Origin: a phage
Sequence record: OZ346203.1
DNA: 48,114 nt
Direction: 5' to 3' (one strand)
Part shown: in pieces, positions 46,913-48,114 of the stretch
Layout: each line of letters begins with the position of its first letter
How positions within the stretch are numbered: position 1 is the stretch's first letter
Position numbers and translations under genes: made by a program
The notes under the pieces: model-generated
What the model was told of the DNA's origin: nothing
Databases searched by the model: none
The model's input: only the letters and a program-made list of their open reading frames with translations

Positions 46913-47146
46913 ATGATTAAATACAAATTAACCGTTTCTTTCCGTGATACCGTTATTCATCCTTTCTACAATAGCTTTGTTAACAGCTTTACAGTAGAAG
47001 CTACAGAGGATCAGCTAGACGGTGACGAAACTTGCATTTCTATCGGTAATGTTGCTTACCCGATTCACAACATTACCAGCATTAAGCGTGAGGTTGTCGC
47101 TGATGAATTACAAAGTGAAGATGACGATCCGGCGAATGGGGCGTAA
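46913..47146 (+). CDS. hypothetical acidic protein
   Basis: 77 aa; GGAG RBS; downstream of TTGACA-17-TAGCAT promoter-like sequence and a long inverted repeat. Confidence 0.5.
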   Translation: MIKYKLTVSFRDTVIHPFYNSFVNSFTVEATEDQLDGDETCISIGNVAYPIHNITSIKREVVADELQSEDDDPANGA

Positions 47147-47288
47147 TTGCCAATCATGCAAACAGGAATATGAATGCGTAGTTGATGCTCTTGATGAACT
47201 GGAAGCAGTAGCAAAAGCAAAAGAGCAATCTGGCGCTAATCCTGAAACACATCAATTTTCAATTAACCTTGTGAGGGCTTTACAATGA
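47136..47288 (+). CDS. hypothetical small Cys-containing protein (low confidence)
   Basis: 50 aa from ATG 47136; overlaps upstream gene end by 11 nt; weak RBS. Confidence 0.3.
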   Translation: MGRNCQSCKQEYECVVDALDELEAVAKAKEQSGANPETHQFSINLVRALQ

Positions 47289-47509
47289 TCGCATTATCTT
47301 TCTGCATTGGTTTTATCATGGCTATCATTATCTTTTCCGTTGTCATGCGCTTTGCTTATAAGTTCGTGATTAATAAAGGTTGGTACGCTTCTGCAATCTG
47401 GAGCGAAAAACAAAAGAAATGGCTTGTCCGTGGTCAATACCTGATGATCGGTAGCAAGATCCTAAATTCCATTCGAGCCAAAGATGGAAAAGTAAAATAT
47501 ACAGCTTAA
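47285..47509 (+). CDS. small membrane protein
   Basis: 74 aa; N-terminal TMD; ATGA overlap; followed by strong terminator. Confidence 0.5.
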   Translation: MIALSFCIGFIMAIIIFSVVMRFAYKFVINKGWYASAIWSEKQKKWLVRGQYLMIGSKILNSIRAKDGKVKYTA

Positions 47510-47515
47510 AAATCA

Positions 47516-47537
47516 CCCGCCGAACGGCGGGTTTTTT
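47516..47537 (+). terminator. intrinsic terminator upstream of terS promoter
   Basis: CCCGCCG/CGGCGGG stem plus T6. Confidence 0.65.
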
Positions 47538-47550
47538 ATTGCCCGTTGTC

Positions 47551-47559
47551 TGGTATAAT
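47551..47559 (+). promoter_or_regulatory. extended -10 promoter (TGgTATAAT) upstream of terS
   Basis: TGnTATAAT directly after terminator 47516-47537; no obvious -35. Confidence 0.45.
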
Positions 47560-47587
47560 CAGGAATCTAACAAAAGGAGGATTAACA

Positions 47588-48114
47588 ATGGCTAAAAACG
47601 TTGAGCCTGCTGTAAAGGCATTAAATTTCAAAGAGTTATACAATAAAACTTATGGCGATATTGTTACGCTAAACAACCGCCACAAGTACACGCCGGAACA
47701 GGTTTTTGATATGGCGATCCGCTATTTCACTTGGGCCGAAGAGAATCACATTCAGGCGGCTGAAACTGCTTCCTTTCAGGGTGACGTGTACGAGAGCAGA
47801 GTTTACAAGCCTCGCGTTTTCACGGTAAACGGATTCAGCTTGTATCTCGGCGTGACTGAGGCGGCTGTAAGCAAATGGCGTAAAGAGCCTGGATTCTGCG
47901 ATGTGATGGAGTTTGTTGATAAAGTAATTTACGAGCAAAAATTCCAGCTTGCGGCAAATAACATGATTAACGCTGGATTTATCGGTAAAGAGATCGGAGT
48001 AGAGAAGCCAGCAACAGTGAGCGTTGAAGCGAGCGCGGCAGCTAATGCAAGCATTGACGCAGTAACTGCCGATGAGGTGAAAGAGGCTGTGATTGATATT
48101 CTGGAGCAACTTTA
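47588..48114 (+). CDS. terS: terminase small subunit (putative), 3' end completed by wrap-around to nt 1
   Basis: AAAGGAGG RBS; open through window end for 175 codons; last two bases 'ta' plus nt 1 'a' give TAA overlapping terL ATG. Confidence 0.6.
   Translation, partial: MAKNVEPAVKALNFKELYNKTYGDIVTLNNRHKYTPEQVFDMAIRYFTWAEENHIQAAETASFQGDVYESRVYKPRVFTVNGFSLYLGVTEAAVSKWRKEPGFCDVMEFVDKVIYEQKFQLAANNMINAGFIGKEIGVEKPATVSVEASAAANASIDAVTADEVKEAVIDILEQL

Noticed and set aside
47669-48109. 146-aa minus-strand ORF at the window end
   Set aside because: Lies antisense to the better-supported terS frame (RBS, extended -10 promoter, TAATG coupling to terL); no RBS of its own.

Overview
The window reads as an essentially complete genome of a virulent T1-like (Drexlerviridae-type) siphovirus, about 48.1 kb; this is inferred from gene content and order only, with no database search. 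The terS reading frame runs off the 3' end and is closed by the first base of the window (TAATG overlap with terL at nt 1), so the sequence appears to be one genome unit opened at the terS/terL junction. Layout: (1) plus-strand late module 1-19480 (terL, portal, head morphogenesis, scaffold-like, two paralogous structural proteins, major capsid, head-tail joining proteins, major tail protein, G/GT chaperone with -1 frameshift, tape measure, lambda-like M-L-K-I-J); (2) minus-strand cor-like lipoprotein operon convergent with J; (3) plus-strand recombination operon (PD-(D/E)XK exonuclease, ERF annealing protein, SSB); (4) minus-strand Stf-like tail fibre with 126-bp tandem repeats and C-terminal S74 chaperone domain, primase, HTH protein; (5) plus-strand helicase, VRR-NUC nuclease, Dam methyltransferase, Mre11/SbcD-like metallophosphoesterase and lysis cassette (holin, lysozyme, unimolecular spanin); (6) minus-strand block of small early genes including a C5-methyltransferase-like protein and a 526-aa ATPase-like protein; (7) a 690-bp noncoding hub with phased TAATCA repeats; (8) plus-strand early genes including a HAD phosphatase and a dNMP-kinase-like protein. 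The most striking feature is a conserved element ATAGCAC-N3-TTGNTA present about 17 times, almost always directly after a stop codon; in 12 copies it sits exactly 22 bp upstream of a -10-like hexamer (21 bp at the cor copy), which suggests an unusual long-spacer promoter class. No integrase, repressor, tRNA or CRISPR array was found. Regulatory coordinates are approximate (about +/-2 bp) and all functional calls rest on motif recognition.
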